Below are positions 35,674 to 36,736 of a stretch of 36,736 bases of DNA, in pieces; within the stretch, counting starts at the first letter, position 1; every line of letters starts with the position of its first letter. The stretch lies in the IMG/VR virus record IMGVR_UViG_3300030376_003833, positions 1 through 36,736 of that record. The stretch is one strand, 5' to 3'. The notes under the pieces were generated by a model that was given only the letters and a program-made list of their open reading frames with translations, was not told the origin of the DNA and did not search any database. Made by a program: the position numbers and the translations under genes. Source of the DNA: a virus. Its lineage: Duplodnaviria > Caudoviricetes.

Positions 35674-36516
35674 TTGAAAATAATTAAATTAGATAAGGAT
35701 TTACCTGACCCAATTAGTTATTTAGATGCTGTAAAAAAATATCAAGATTGGGATAATATACAACAATTTGCTGAATATGATATAGAACTACAACACCCTT
35801 TTATAACTAGAACAGATAGCTCCCACCCCTATTATTGTCCTAATTGCGACAAAGAAACTAATCCTGAATGTTCTATATATAAAGAAGAAATTGCTATTAG
35901 AGATAGTAAATACGAAACACACGAAGGAAGAGTGCCAACTATGAAAAGGTGTCCTGCAATCATAGATACTTTAAACTCAGGTGCAGTACTTTGTGCATGG
36001 GATGATTTTTATTTTGAAGCTACAGAAATAACAAATCATTTATTAAAGAGAACTATATATGCATATACAGAGGGATATAAACCTGCACATTTTTATCACA
36101 CTACACCACAAGTAGATTTTATTGACATGGGATTTGATGTATCTCATAATATGTCAGTTAAATTATTTATGCCTTATAGGTTAGAAACATCTGAAGATAA
36201 TTTAGTTCTGTATAAAGATTTGTTTTGGTTAGGACACATGCCTTTTAAAGTAGTAGAAGGATTACAAGATATGAATGCTTTTAGTGGTATGTTCATAAAT
36301 ACAATATGGAATATAGAAGATGGTACAAAAGTAGTTATTAAAAAAGGAACACCTCTCGTGCATTTATTGGAAGTTCCTAAATCTACATTAGAACCATTTG
36401 AAGTAGTTAACCTTGAAGATTTAGATAAAGATTACTATCAAAGTATTATTGACCAAGAAAAAGTTGTATTAGGTAAGAATGGTTATAGAAAAAACCAAAA
36501 GGAAATGCTAAAGTAA
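35674..36516 (+). CDS. Hypothetical protein, DUF6065-like
   Basis: TMKRCPAIID...G and IKKGTPLVHL motifs of a family common among the tail genes of aquatic phages. Confidence 0.6.
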   Translation: MKIIKLDKDLPDPISYLDAVKKYQDWDNIQQFAEYDIELQHPFITRTDSSHPYYCPNCDKETNPECSIYKEEIAIRDSKYETHEGRVPTMKRCPAIIDTLNSGAVLCAWDDFYFEATEITNHLLKRTIYAYTEGYKPAHFYHTTPQVDFIDMGFDVSHNMSVKLFMPYRLETSEDNLVLYKDLFWLGHMPFKVVEGLQDMNAFSGMFINTIWNIEDGTKVVIKKGTPLVHLLEVPKSTLEPFEVVNLEDLDKDYYQSIIDQEKVVLGKNGYRKNQKEMLK

Positions 36517-36520
36517 ACCT

Positions 36521-36736
36521 ATGTCACTCTTAACTACACTTAAAGAAGGTGGAACTTTAGCTATAGATACTATAGGCAATCTACCAATTAATGAAGATTT
36601 AGATTTAATAACTGCAGACCCTTTAATTATTTCTTATTTAGTTCTTGCAGGTGGCGGAGGAGGTGCTGATGCTCAATCTATTTACGCTGCAGCAGGTGGT
36701 GGAGGTGCAGGAGGTTACAGAAACTCTTACGCTAGT
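36521..36736 (+). CDS. Glycine-rich tail protein, 3'-truncated by the window edge
   Basis: MSLLTTLKEGG...YLVLAGGGGG...AGGGGAGGYRNS, open to the end of the window. Confidence 0.75.
   Translation, partial: MSLLTTLKEGGTLAIDTIGNLPINEDLDLITADPLIISYLVLAGGGGGADAQSIYAAAGGGGAGGYRNSYAS

Overview
This 36.7-kb window is most of a low-GC, tailed dsDNA phage genome with a probable short tail. It is circularly permuted, opening and closing inside the tail/late region. An actinobacterial host such as a marine Acidimicrobiia/Actinomarina type is inferred, not proven, from the r1t-like holin, the AGAAAGGA-type ribosome-binding sites, the extended -10 promoters and the acidic-protein/membrane-peptide gene pair. 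Layout: (1-2.3 kb, +) end of an extremely acidic protein, then a lysis cassette. (2.35-4.6 kb) a Rad52/22-like annealing protein (-) and a metallophosphoesterase (+). (4.6-11.6 kb, -) a dense early operon of small ORFs, including an ArdA-like DNA mimic. (11.6-12.5 kb) a non-coding strand-switch region. (12.5-36.7 kb, +) a PD-(D/E)XK nuclease, a cluster of Lys-rich small proteins, terminase, portal, large internal virion proteins, lysozyme, scaffold, major capsid and tail genes. The most striking element is a ~900-bp non-coding array at 7944-8837 inside the early operon. It has six units bounded by the conserved arm TAGATAGC. Four of them form 18-20-bp stems whose mismatches all become G-U pairs on the transcribed minus strand. 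The stems enclose unrelated, internally structured 40-145-nt inserts that often display GGA motifs. This looks like a processed small-RNA cassette. Other candidate structured RNAs lie at 12369-12466 and 28165-28318. No DNA polymerase, primase, helicase, integrase or tRNA was recognised.
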